A stretch of 63,900 nt of DNA, counting the filler, from Octopus bimaculoides (lineage: Eukaryota), in assembly GCF_001194135.2 (NCBI RefSeq). It is 11 parts of 10 records of this genome, joined end to end, with 100 filler letters (N's around TTAATTAATTAA, not from the genome) between each part and the next. Parts side by side here need not be neighbours in the genome. Positions count along the whole stretch, not along the records: positions 1 to 17,746 come from NC_068994.1; positions 17,847 to 19,647 come from NW_026357988.1; positions 19,748 to 22,455 come from NC_068984.1; positions 22,556 to 25,638 come from NC_068986.1; positions 25,739 to 28,473 come from NW_026426267.1; 6 more parts are not named here. One strand, given 5' to 3'. The notes beneath the pieces were generated by a model that was not told the DNA's origin, did not search any database, and saw nothing but the letters and a program-made list of their open reading frames with translations. The translations under genes and the position numbers were made by a program. This document shows, piece by piece, positions 13,223-25,739 of the stretch. Numbering within the stretch: the first letter of the stretch is position 1; each line of letters opens with the position of its first letter.

Positions 13223-13951
13223 NNNNNNNNNNNNNNNNNNNNNNNNNNNNNNNNNNNNNNNNNNNNNNNNNNNNNNNNNNNNNNNNNNNNNNNNNNNNNN
13301 NNNNNNNNNNNNNNNNNNNNNNNNNNNNNNNNNNNNNNNNNNNNNNNNNNNNNNNNNNNNNNNNNNNNNNNNNNNNNNNNNNNNNNNNNNNNNNNNNNNN
13401 NNNNNNNNNNNNNNNNNNNNNNNNNNNNNNNNNNNNNNNNNNNNNNNNNNNNNNNNNNNNNNNNNNNNNNNNNNNNNNNNNNNNNNNNNNNNNNNNNNNN
13501 NNNNNNNNNNNNNNNNNNNNNNNNNNNNNNNNNNNNNNNNNNNNNNNNNNNNNNNNNNNNNNNNNNNNNNNNNNNNNNNNNNNNNNNNNNNNNNNNNNNN
13601 NNNNNNNNNNNNNNNNNNNNNNNNNNNNNNNNNNNNNNNNNNNNNNNNNNNNNNNNNNNNNNNNNNNNNNNNNNNNNNNNNNNNNNNNNNNNNNNNNNNN
13701 NNNNNNNNNNNNNNNNNNNNNNNNNNNNNNNNNNNNNNNNNNNNNNNNNNNNNNNNNNNNNNNNNNNNNNNNNNNNNNNNNNNNNNNNNNNNNNNNNNNN
13801 NNNNNNNNNNNNNNNNNNNNNNNNNNNNNNNNNNNNNNNNNNNNNNNNNNNNNNNNNNNNNNNNNNNNNNNNNNNNNNNNNNNNNNNNNNNNNNNNNNNT
13901 ATTACTTTCCAGTAAAATAAATGTGGCAACATTTGAAATATTGTTTAGGTA

Positions 13952-14024
13952 AATGCAGCTGATGAAGACTGATCAAATTTACGTTGTGAAACGTATTTGA
14001 AGAGTCAGAAACTGGTCCTGCATT
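13952..14024 (+). ncRNA. Type I hammerhead-like motif with extended helix II
   Basis: AAUGCAG CUGAUGA A GACU-ga-UCAAAU-uu-ACGUU-GUGA-AACGU-AUUUGA-ag-AGUC A GAAA CUGG UC CUGCAUU. Helix I is 7 bp; helix II is capped by a GNRA loop; helix III ACUGGU is self-complementary with tandem G-U; GUC site at 14015-14017. Confidence 0.75.
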
Positions 14025-14074
14025 ATCCGATTCTCGGTTCTACATTTATCGAATATTTTATTATTATTATCATT

Positions 14075-14405
14075 GCCTTTGCACATCTTCTAACGTTGGA
14101 AATGTACTACAGTGAACTAAGGTAACACCTCTTATTTTTCGAGTACCTTGCAGTGTATTCGAGCGGTTCCAAGCAGTGCCGTTTTCTACGAGTGCTCCAT
14201 TTGTTCCACGTACTTCTCGAGATTTTGGATCACTGTTCCCAGGGCTCCGACAATTATTGGTACTACTGCTGCCTTTTTCATCGACCACAACAGCTTAACA
14301 CCCCATGCTAACCTGTCATATCTCACAATTTTTCCTTCTTCCTTATCGCATACCTTGTTGTCAGCCGAGCATGTTATATCTATGATCCAGCATAGTTTGT
14401 TTTCA
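14075..14405 (-). mobile_element. 3' end of an RLE-type (R4/Dong-like) non-LTR retrotransposon within (TAA)n
   Basis: Minus-strand translation ...GVKLLWSMKKAAVVPIIVGALGTVIQNLEKYVEQ..*KTALLGTARIHCKVLEK* matches the restriction-like endonuclease C-terminus; flanked by (TAA)n on both sides. Confidence 0.75.
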
Positions 14406-14406
14406 A

Positions 14407-14482
<76 letters not shown>

Positions 14483-14925
14483 TGGGTCGTACGATGCATC
14501 ATGATATTTCATCCATTCCTACAGCACAAAATACTTGAAATATCTCTCTCGGAAAAATGAAGAGAAAAAAAAATATGCATTCAAATCTTCAAGGCTGACA
14601 AATGCTTCGCGCGATTGTTCTAACCACATTTACAGATTCTACTATGAAAAAGTGGAATATTACAGTTGTACCAATTATAAATGAAATGTTGGACATATTT
14701 AAAAGCCATAATGTCTTTAGTTGAAGTCATTATAATTATTAGCTTTTCAAAACACCTCTGTGCAATACTGTAGTCATTCGGTATTTCAATTCGTATTATT
14801 AACACACAATTGTGAATTTTGTCATGTAGAAGAAAGTAATGATTAGTATGTTTCATGTAGCTGTACGTATGTATGCATGTATGTATATATATGCATATAT
14901 ATATACATATGTATATATATATATG

Positions 14926-14999
<74 letters not shown>

Positions 15000-15125
15000 C
15001 GTGCGTGTGTGTGTGTATATATATATATGTATACACATGTATGTATGCTTGTATCTATGTCTGTAAATATGTATGTAATTATATATGAATCTATGTATGT
15101 ACGCATGGAGGTTTGCATTATTTAT

Positions 15126-15168
<43 letters not shown>

Positions 15169-15577
15169 TGTGTATATATATATACACACATATGCATTCA
15201 TGTATATACGCATTTATATATACATGTATGTAAGTATGTATTCAAATATGCAAGCATGTATAGATGGCATGTATATTTGCAAGCATGTATGTATACAGAT
15301 ATATATATATATGTATGCATTCGTGTATGTACGCATACATGTCTGTATACATACATGTGTGTGTGTGTGCGTGTGTGCGTGTGTGTGTATGCATGTATAC
15401 ATGTTTATATTTAGATATGCAGATAATAATGTTTTCACCTATGTATGAATGCAGATATGCACGTATTAATGTGTGTATGCGTGAATGTATGAATGCATGC
15501 AGGCAGGTATATTTGTATTATACAAGCATGTATGTATGAATCTATGTAACTATATGTGTGAGTTTGTGTGTGTGTGT

Positions 15578-15635
<58 letters not shown>

Positions 15636-16379
15636 NNNNNNNNNNNNNNNNNNNNNNNNNNNNNNNNNNNNNNNNNNNNNNNNNNNNNNNNNNNNNNNNN
15701 NNNNNNNNNNNNNNNNNNNNNNNNNNNNNNNNNNNNNNNNNNNNNNNNNNNNNNNNNNNNNNNNNNNNNNNNNNNNNNNNNNNNNNNNNNNNNNNNNNNN
15801 NNNNNNNNNNNNNNNNNNNNNNNNNNNNNNNNNNNNNNNNNNNNNNNNNNNNNNNNNNNNNNNNNNNNNNNNNNNNNNNNNNNNNNNNNNNNNNNNNNNN
15901 NNNNNNNNNNNNNNNNNNNNNNNNNNNNNNNNNNNNNNNNNNNNNNNNNNNNNNNNNNNNNNNNNNNNNNNNNNNNNNNNNNNNNNNNNNNNNNNNNNNN
16001 NNNNNNNNNNNNNNNNNNNNNNNNNNNNNNNNNNNNNNNNNNNNNNNNNNNNNNNNNNNNNNNNNNNNNNNNNNNNNNNNNNNNNNNNNNNNNNNNNNNN
16101 NNNNNNNNNNNNNNNNNNNNNNNNNNNNNNNNNNNNNNNNNNNNNNNNNNNNNNNNNNNNNNNNNNNNNNNNNNNNNNNNNNNNNNNNNNNNNNNNNNNN
16201 NNNNNNNNNNNNNNNNNNNNNNNNNNNNNNNNNNNNNNNNNNNNNNNNNNNNNNNNNNNNNNNNNNNNNNNNNNNNNNNNNNNNNNNNNNNNNNNNNNNN
16301 NNNNNNNNNNNNNNNNNNNNNNNNNNNNNNNNNNNNNNNNNNNNNNNNNNNNNNNNNNNNNNNNNNNNNNNNNNNNNNN

Positions 16380-16478
16380 TAACATCCAGCCCTAGGGGTC
16401 AGCCACACTTAAGTGGCAATATACTACACTTTATCGTGCAGTTACTGTTAATACTTCATTTAGAGAATTAACATTGCT
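16380..16478. repeat. Short interspersed repeat, near-identical to 53343-53441
   Basis: About 99 bp with one visible mismatch; both copies end in (TA)n. Confidence 0.85.
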
Positions 16479-17746
16479 TATATATATATACATATATATA
16501 TATATATGTATATAATAATAAACATAACAATAAAAAACATAATAATATGAATATCACGTATTTTCCCAATGATCCGGGAACCCATGGTCAAATTATATAT
16601 ATTGTGTCCTTTTCTACGATGGCCAAATTTATATCCATCACACGAACAAGGAACGTTGTGGTACAGCCGTTTCGGTACTGCCAAATTGGTGTCGTTGATT
16701 CGACGCTGACTTACTTGACGTTTTCATGTTTCCTCGTTTTCAACCGTCTCTCTCTCCCTCTCTCTCTCTCTTTGTATGTGTGTGTATAGATGTGAGCATC
16801 TAGTTATGTTTATATTCAAATCTAATCTCTTCCTCTCTCTCTCTCTCCCTGTTTCTCTCTGTTTAGGCATCCAGTTATGTTTATATATGTATGGGTATGT
16901 GTGTATGTGTGTGTGTGTAATGTCGTTCTCTCTTTCCCTCGCCCATTCTCTGTTATTCTCTTTATATGTATATGCATATCTCTTCGAGCGCGTGAGAGAG
17001 CACGCGCGCAGGCGACAAAGAGATAGGAAGAGTGTGTGCGTGAGAGAGAGTGCGAGTGCGAGTGTGTGTGTGTGTATGTGTGTGTGTGTGGGGGGGGGTT
17101 GACCCTAGTGCCAAAACGCACTCACGCCAAAACAGGCTGAGTGTCAATCAGCCGTACCAAATCGTCAGCGTCCAAGCAGCTACGCCCAGTTGTCTTATTC
17201 TGCCATCACACACAAGCGATATGAACTGCTGACACGTGCCATGCTTCCAGGTGCGTACGTAGTCATGAGCAATCGTAGACAACCTCTCATTTATCCAGGC
17301 CATTGATCGAACAGAAGACCGCGGAGGCAACAAGCTAGCGCCCGTTCGGTTATGTGGACAGGGATTCTAGTTGGTCCGATCAACGGAACGGTCTGCTCAT
17401 GTAAAATTAACGTGCATGTGGCTGAGTACTCCACAGACACTCGTAACCATAACGTAGTTCTCAGGGATATTCAGCGTGATTCAAAATGCGACAAAAGTGT
17501 CCTTTTGAAAAATAGGTACAACTTATTTGTCACCTGCTGAGCAGACTGGGACAACGTGAAATGAAGTGCTTTGCTGAGAGACGCAATGCGCCGCCGGGAA
17601 TCGAACACATGACGTTATGACAATGAAGCGAACGCCCTAACCACTAAACCATGCCCCTTCACAAGCTAGAATGACTGACAAATGCATCAGCACTAAAATG
17701 GTGGTAGTTGTGACGGCGGTGGTGGTGGTGGTGGTGGTGGTGATGG

Positions 17747-17846
17747 NNNNNNNNNNNNNNNNNNNNNNNNNNNNNNNNNNNNNNNNNNNNTTAATTAATT
17801 AANNNNNNNNNNNNNNNNNNNNNNNNNNNNNNNNNNNNNNNNNNNN
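17747..17846. other. Artificial 100-bp scaffold spacer N44-TTAATTAATTAA-N44 (first of 10)
   Basis: The 12-mer starts at 17791, 19692, 22500, 25683, 28518, 34708, 39721, 41654, 51562 and 58129, always inside N runs; it gives stops in all six frames. Confidence 0.95.
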
Positions 17847-18690
17847 ACTGGCAACGGCCACGCTCAAAATGGTGTATTTTACGTATCACCTGCACAAGAG
17901 CCAGTCCAGCGGCACTGGCAATGATCTTGCTCAAATGTCTTTACACATGCCACCGGCACAAGTGCTAGGAAGGCGATGCTGGGCACAGGTGCCATCATGA
18001 TTTCGCTTTCGCTTGCCCCAACAGGTCTTTCAAGCCGAGTTTAGTGTCCAACGACAGAGACAATGTTGGCATGGGTGCCAGTCGTCGAATTTAGTTCAAT
18101 TCCGATTTCACTTGCCTCAACAGGTCTTCGCAAGCGAAACTTAGTGTCCAATGAAGGAAAGCACTCATAAGTTGGCTGGCTACATCCCTGGCAGAGGCCT
18201 TGGATTTAGGTCTAACTTGGCTTGCCGAGTCTTCTTACGCACAGCTTATTTCCAAAGGTCTTGGTCAGAAGTTATTGCCTTGGTGAGGCACAATGTTCGA
18301 AGTTCGTGCCTCACCATGTCATCCCAAGTCTTCCTGGGCCTACCCCTTCCACAGGTTCCCTCAACTGCTAGGGTGTGGCACTTTTTTACACAGCTATCCT
18401 CATCCATTCTCGCCATATGACCATACCAGTGCAATCGTCTCTCTTGCACACCACAACTGATGCTTCTTAGGTTCAACTTTTCTCTCAAGGTACTTAGACT
18501 CTGTCTAGTATGGACACTGACATTACACATCCATCGGAGCATACTGGCTTCATTCCTTGCGAGCCTATGCATGTCCTCAGCAGTCACGGCCCATGTTTCG
18601 CTGCCATATAGCATGGCTGTTCGTACACATGCGTCATACAGTCTGCCTTTTACTCTGAGTGAGAGGCCCCTTGTCACCAAATAACTTCCT
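17847..18690 (-). mobile_element. RTE-clade LINE, 3' part of ORF plus 3' UTR
   Basis: ORF 18246-18680 GRLYDACVRTAMLYGSETWAV...ERRLHWYGHMARMDEDS...GRGRPRKTW is the typical RTE C-terminal region. Confidence 0.9.
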
Positions 18691-18849
18691 AGTTAACCTT
18701 CTTTTGATATTGCTGCACCTCTTATGTGTCCATAGCTTGCACTAGGTACATCTTATACAGTTTCTACCTACGCCTTTTCTACAGATTGAGCAGGGCCAGC
18801 TACCTGAAGGGATTTGTGTTTTGTCTACCTTCCTACTCATTGGACACTA

Positions 18850-19355
18850 AACTAGGCTTGCAAAGACCTGTTGGGGCAAGTGAAAGCGGAATTGTGATGG
18901 CACCTATACCAGTGGAGCGCTAAGAGCACCGTCCGAGCGTGATCGTTCCCAGAGCAACTGTCTGCCTTCTGTGCCAGTGGCACATTAATAGCACCATTTG
19001 AGCGTGATCGTTACCAGCGTTGCCTTACTGGCACTTGTCCAGTGGCGTGTGAAAAGACATTCAAGCGAGGTCATTGTCAGTGCCGCTGGACTGGCTCCTG
19101 TGCAGGTGGCATGTAAAATACACCATTTTGAGCGTGGCCGCTGCCAGTACCGCCTGACTGGCCTTTGTGCCGGTGGCATGTAAAAGCACCCACTACACTC
19201 TCGGAGTAGTTGACGTTTGGAAGGGCATTGAGCTGAAGAAACTCTGCCAAATCAGATTGAAGCCTGGTGTAGCCATCTGGTTTGCCAGTCCTCCGTCAAA
19301 TCATCCAACCGATGCTAGCATGTAAAGCGGATGTTAAACGATGTTGATGATGATC
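18850..19355 (-). mobile_element. RTE-associated short repeat (catcatcatcgtttaac... family)
   Basis: Reverse complement matches 34509-34663(+) and 29875-30110(+). Confidence 0.75.
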
Positions 19356-19392
19356 CATCTAACTTAAGTATATATACTTATGTATATATACT

Positions 19393-19424
<32 letters not shown>

Positions 19425-19427
<3 letters not shown>

Positions 19428-19590
19428 ATTTTTACAAAAAAACAAGAAATGAAGACAGGTAGTGTAGAAAACAAACAGATGGATTAGTATAATGCTCAGG
19501 AATTGTAAAAGTCTTTAATGTTCCGAGCCTATGCTCTTCCACATAAAGGAACACGGAAAGAAACAAGGAGAGAAAAAAATGCGTGTAGTG
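19425..19590 (-). mobile_element. Old diverged copy of the 51.6/63.7-kb HHR cassette family
   Basis: Follows (TA)n and aligns with 51627-51790. The HHR remnant at 19513-19548 keeps helix I CUUU/AAAG and helix II GAGC/GCUC but has a decayed core. Confidence 0.7.
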
Positions 19591-19747
19591 GTTAGCGATA
19601 TATATATATATGTATGTATGTATATATGTATGTATGTGTGTATATATNNNNNNNNNNNNNNNNNNNNNNNNNNNNNNNNNNNNNNNNNNNNTTAATTAAT
19701 TAANNNNNNNNNNNNNNNNNNNNNNNNNNNNNNNNNNNNNNNNNNNN

Positions 19748-19789
<42 letters not shown>

Positions 19790-19994
19790 AGGTTGAAAAG
19801 GAACACACGAGTTGATATATATATGGAATAAAAGCACACATACACACACGCATACGCAAATGAAGACTGAAACACATGACCATATACACACACACACTTC
19901 ACTTCACACAAGGACACATACGGAGCCACAAATCCACACATACAGGGACACACATCCATACATACTGACACAGTACATAGTTACAAAAATCCAT

Positions 19995-20027
<33 letters not shown>

Positions 20028-20821
20028 CTCAGACATGCACGTACAAGGAAACAGAGGTACACACACACATATGCAAACACACACACACTCACACAAAAAC
20101 ACTCAAACACATACACATGAATATGCAGAATACATAAATACAAACATCCATACATACATACGTATATACAAACGTGCACACACACACTTATACATATATA
20201 CATACATACATACATAATACATACATACATACATAATACATACATACATACATACATACATACATAATACATACATACATACATACATGTGTATGCGCAC
20301 GCACACTGACCCACACACATGCGCACAAACAAAGAGAACGCAGCTTGGATAACGGATAAAGTTAATGACTATTGAAAGGGTTGCAAGAGCAACGAAAATT
20401 TTAGGAAAAATAAATAAGTAAATGAGTGGAAACTTTACCGGTGAGAGTGTTAAATAATAAGTCACTAAAAGAGAATGTCTCTCCCCAGACAATATTATAT
20501 GGTTCAACACATGAACTCACATAAAGAACCTTGCAAACCAAANNNNNNNNNNNNNNNNNNNNNNNNNNNNNNNNNNNNNNNNNNNNNNNNNNNNNNNNNN
20601 NNNNNNNNNNNNNNNNNNNNNNNNNNNNNNNNNNNNNNNNNNNNNNNNNNNNNNNNNNNNNNNNNNNNNNNNNNNNNNNNNNNNNNNNNNNNNNNNNNNN
20701 NNNNNNNNNNNNNNNNNNNNNNNNNNNNNNNNNNNNNNNNNNNNNNNNNNNNNNNNNNNNNNNNNNNNNNNNNNNNNNNNNNNNNNNNNNNNNNNNNNNN
20801 NNNNNNNNNNNNNNNNNNNNN

Positions 20822-20852
<31 letters not shown>

Positions 20853-21003
20853 GTATATGTAAGTAGGTATAAGTTAGAGGTGTTTAAAACCTGTAGGGAA
20901 TGGTTTAATCCAAAGGCGCTCCTAGTGATTACCTGCGTAGGTACAGTCTTTGGTAAAAGGTATACGGTAGCAGGTAATTCAGCGGGTAAACCGTAGTTTA
21001 AAT

Positions 21004-21435
21004 TATATGCAAGAAGAAAATGGAGGAAAAATAACAGGAAGAAGTTGGTCGTTTACGCTAGTGAGCCATTAATTTAATTAATTAATAAAGAAAAGTGGGA
21101 GTAATAATATATTTACGATCGTTTCTCTTTACCAGTTGTAGTGGTAGACATCATCAGAATGCAGAGTTATATGTAGAGGTAAGCAGAGAGAGAAACATAG
21201 GGATACATTGGTAACGAGAATAAAGACAAAGAATGGTGAGTCTTACATTATAGTAGATTTCTTAGTTGATAAGAAATCTACTATAATGTAAGACTCACCA
21301 TTCTGGTAAAGACAAACGATCGTAAATGTACTATTACTACCACTTTTCTTTATTAATTAATTAAATTAATGGCTCACTAGCGCAAACGACCAACTTCTTC
21401 CTGTTATTTTTCCTCCATTTTCTTCTTGCATATAT
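21004..21435. mobile_element. Nested fold-back element: ~130-bp imperfect outer inverted repeat plus 35-bp perfect inner hairpin
   Basis: 21004-21134 versus 21303-21435 are inverted; 21230-21264 and 21270-21304 are perfectly complementary around the loop gttga. Confidence 0.9.
21109..21162 (-). ncRNA. Near-intact type I hammerhead motif in the left arm of the fold-back
   Basis: Minus strand: GCAUU CUGAUGA U GUCU ACCA cuacaac UGGU AA AGA GAAA CGAUCG UA AAUAU. Helix III is the palindrome ACGAUCGU; C11.1 is missing here but present in the right arm (agac). Confidence 0.6.
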
Positions 21436-23479
21436 ATGTATGTATGTATATATGTATGTATGTATGTATGTATATATGTATGTATGTATGTATATACAGA
21501 CATACACACAAACAAACACACATGCACACACACACATATATTTGTGCATATGTGTATATATGCGAGTATGTCCTTGTGTTTGTTCCCACCACCACTTGAC
21601 AACTAGCGTTTGTGTTTATGTATCTGTAACTTAGCGGTCCAGTAAAAAGAGACTGAGTTAAAAAAAATATTACTAAGGTCGATTTATTCGACTAAACACT
21701 TCAAGACAGTGCCCCAGAATGACCGCAAGTAAATGATAAACGATAAAAGATAACTACAGTACTTAATCTTTCCTCACCACAAATAGCACCTCACCACCGC
21801 TTCACGGCTGTACATAACTTCAGCACTATTTCACTACACCACTGCACATAGAAACAATATCATAACATCACCGCTACATTCCAACTACATTCCGCCACAT
21901 TACATATAACTACAGAACTATATCATTACACGATTAAACATAGCCACTGCGTTAAATAACCGCACCACCAATGGGAAACCACACATGCTACATCGCTATA
22001 AAATATATGTATCCTCAATTTATCTCCAATGTAACACGACTCAACTTCTCACATTCCATTATGTCAAAGCAGCGGGTTTCTCTGTCACTTTTCGCTGAAG
22101 GGGAAAATCACTTCTGCAGAATGTTCAATTCTAAAGTGTCTGTAAGATACAGAGTAGTACAGAATCACTTTAGTCCAATCGTACTGGGACAATTTACGTA
22201 AGAAACAGTGGGTGTGCGGTGGGGAAGTATGAAAATAGATAGAGTGTAAGATTTAGTAAAACAAGAATTGGTTTAAACGGGGAAATTATATCACTACCAT
22301 TTCAAGTGTGAGCACTTGCAGGGATGGGTAGAAAAATATGAGTGCAATGTTGAACCATTAACGACGATGTAACAGTATGTTCTGGATTGTTTCATGGCTT
22401 TTAATGTCGATTTGAGTCTATTTCAACTGCATGAATGTATGTACGCATATATATANNNNNNNNNNNNNNNNNNNNNNNNNNNNNNNNNNNNNNNNNNNNT
22501 TAATTAATTAANNNNNNNNNNNNNNNNNNNNNNNNNNNNNNNNNNNNNNNNNNNNAAATTTCTTTTTGCATTTTATAGTTGACCTATAAAATGGAACTAA
22601 ATGCAGAGGCCATAAAAAATGTCTTTTAAAAAATTTTCTGAGATTCCTTGTAAGTACATTTCACATTTTATTGAACGTAAATAATTTCGAAAACATTTTT
22701 TTTTACTTTGCACCATTAAATTCAATATAATTTTCATGAGAAAATTCTTATCTGTATGTCTTTGTTCTCTAAAAATGATTTGTTCACTAAAATAGCTTAA
22801 TCTGTTGCCAAAATCTTTCTGTATATTTTCATTAAAAATCTCTCTAAGCTCAATTTTTTCACTAAATGAACATCAAATACGAATTTTTCCTGGTTTTCTT
22901 AAACAATATCTAAAAACTATTTCTGATATTATTTAAAATATATATATATAAATAGGTATGAAAATATTAAGCATTTAAAAACTATGTTTCGTACAGTTGG
23001 CTGTGTATGCCTTGTAATGATTCAAGATGCGAACAAAATTTTAGTAAAAAAAAAAAAAAAAAAAAAAAAAACCCAAAAAACAAATTAAAAGAAACAGTTT
23101 CATTCCATTTTTGCTTTTCGGAATTATGATCGTCGAGTAGATATACTTATACAGTGATAGTAATTATTTAAAAAATATTTTTTCTTTACTATTTCCCGAC
23201 TTACAATTCATATTTAGAACATACTCGCAAACGGATTTGTTTAACATACTAAAACTATTTTTTGAGGCGAACGCGATGCTTGACAGCAGAAGAAAAGAGC
23301 GTGTCTAAAATAACGTCGTGGAATTTATAATACATTAAATAATCACAAAAATGAAAAAAAAAACTTATGTAAATGCAAAGAACTTAGTGAATTCATATTT
23401 CGCTCTATAAAAACTAACTTATGAAAAGATCATATTTTAGCCTATATATATATATATCCCAATATACGTAGTCCTCATT

Positions 23480-24140
23480 TGGTTTTACGACCTGTGCAAA
23501 AACATGTTTTTATAAAGTATAATGCTAATTAGTGCAGCCCATTGAGAAGACAAGTCGATCTATGAGAATTTCCGTTGTGCAGCAGTACACATTTCCGTTG
23601 TGCAGCAGTAGACATTTTAAACTACGCTTAGAGCTGTCTATGAAAAGACGCCGTTCCTCTTGTTTATATTCCTCAATGCCAAGTTTATTAAGAAGCCCAC
23701 TGACATCTCTGCAGTAAACCAGCCCTTCCTCTTTTGTGAAGAAAGAATGGAACTTTTCATACCGAATCTGATAAAAGGTTGTACGGACACCATTTTCTAG
23801 AAGATACTTCTCTTTCAGTCGGGAAGCCAACAGTTCTACTGAATTTTTTGGAGGTTCAAGTCACGAACTTGACCATTCAGCTCTTCCTGGGAGAATAGCT
23901 GAGGTGAAGTCTCAACTGAAAAGTCTTGATCGATCTCTAGTGTCATCTTCAGGTGACGAATCCTCTTTCGCTGAGGGTAAAGTTATCTAAGGCAAGACAT
24001 TGAAGACAGGAACAGGAAGCTCTTCACTGTGTGGAACCCGTCTAATAGCAAAGGCAAGATTAGGATAGACAAGCGTTTGATTTTTTTCCGGTTAATACCC
24101 TTCAAATTTAGGTTACAAAAACAGCAGTCGTCCACGTGAT
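23480..24140 (-). mobile_element. DNA transposon transposase remnant, tentatively CMC/Chapaev3-like
   Basis: ORF ASRLKEKYLL...RRLFIDSSKRSLKCLLLHNGN; upstream minus-strand NHVDDCCFCNLNLKGINRKK and VYPNL..AIRRVPHSEELPVP. The superfamily assignment is from memory of the motifs and needs a Repbase/Dfam check. Confidence 0.7.
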
Positions 24141-24531
24141 TATAGGGCTCAATAACTTAAAAACTAGATCTGATAGATGAAAAAGAAGGTTATATTTGGA
24201 TTCAGGAGGTCGATTTTGTAGAGGAATGATCTCTATTTCCTAAATACCCCAAAACCTTGTAGACCAGTATCATTAGTTATATAATGTAAATTATGTAACC
24301 AAATTGTATTGTCAAATCTTCAAAAACGTGTAATTTTATGCCTAATATTACTGAAGATTCTTGCCATCACTGGATAAACAAACTTTTGATCATATAATTT
24401 TTTCATAATCCCGTTTTGTTTCCTCTCAATCTTTTTGTCTCTCGTTCTCTATTTTTCTGTATGTATGTGTGAATGTGTATGTATGTATATATGTATGCAT
24501 ATGTATGTATGTGTATATATATGTATGTAAG

Positions 24532-24905
24532 TGGAGGCGCAATAGCCCAGTGGTTAGGGCAGCGGACTCGCGGTCATAGGATCGCGGTTTCGATTCCCAG
24601 ACCGGGCGTTGTGAGTGTTTGTTGAGCGAAAACACCTAAAACTCTGGCAGGGGATAGTGGCGAACCCTGCTGTACTCTTTCACCACAACCTTCCCTCACT
24701 CTTTCTTCCTGTTTCTGTTGTACCTGTATTTCAAAGGGCCAGCTTTGTTACACTGTGTCACGCTGAATATCCCCGAGAACTACGTTAAGGGTACACGTGT
24801 CTGTGGAGTGCTCAGCCACTTGCACGTTAATTTCACGAGCAGGCTTTTCCGTTCATCGGATCAACTGGAACACTCGACGTCGTAAGCGACGGAGTGCCAA
24901 CAACA
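24532..24905 (+). mobile_element. Full-length SINE family A with tRNA-like head
   Basis: gtggaggcgcaatagcccagtggttagggcagcggactcgcgg...ggtttcgattccc head; ends ccaacaacaa. Confidence 0.9.
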
Positions 24906-25739
24906 AAATGTATGTATGTATGTATGTGTGTGTGTATGTATGTGCGTGCGCGCGAGTGTGTGTGCAAATAACTCGACTAATCCACAAGATTAAACAAATT
25001 AAAGAAATTAGTTTCACAATTTTAGTAGTCCTTCTGCTCTCACAAACATTTAGAGCAATGGCTAATAGGTTACATGAAATAGCAATGTCAATCAGTGACG
25101 ATGAATTTATATTTCCGTATAAGGATGTGGACGGGATCAGCTGAAACAACAACAAATAAAACTCGATGCAATAGCCATATAATTCATTATCGATTTTGGA
25201 GCAACATGTAATACAATTAATTGGAAAAGTAATATTTAATAAAATAAAAGCATTAAGCTCCGAAACAGTTATCTAATCATGCAATTACAATATATTTACT
25301 TATTGCCCAGCTGCATCTCATGCTTTATTTCTGTATTTCTTGTCACGCTGAAAATTGGATCCATTTACCGAATTCATTAGGCTATTTGTTACTAAATCTA
25401 TAATTGACGGCTTTTTATTGAGACATAAGAAAGTTTATTTTACTCGGCTTAACTATTTATGTCTTCTTGCGGGTATGCTTCGATAGCTTCATTCATAATT
25501 ATACAAAATCATGTATCGTGTAGGTCCAATAGTTTCTGTGTTTCATGCACATATTTCTATTTTGTCCTGTCATTTGTTTCAGTCACTGGAATACTGCTAT
25601 GCTGAGTTCAATCGATCATACGATATATATTATATATANNNNNNNNNNNNNNNNNNNNNNNNNNNNNNNNNNNNNNNNNNNNTTAATTAATTAANNNNNN
25701 NNNNNNNNNNNNNNNNNNNNNNNNNNNNNNNNNNNNNNA

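Noticed and set aside
24532-24605. tRNA gene at SINE heads (also 5190-5262, 52255-52330)
   Set aside because: A/B boxes are present, but there is no acceptor-stem pairing and each continues into a SINE body.
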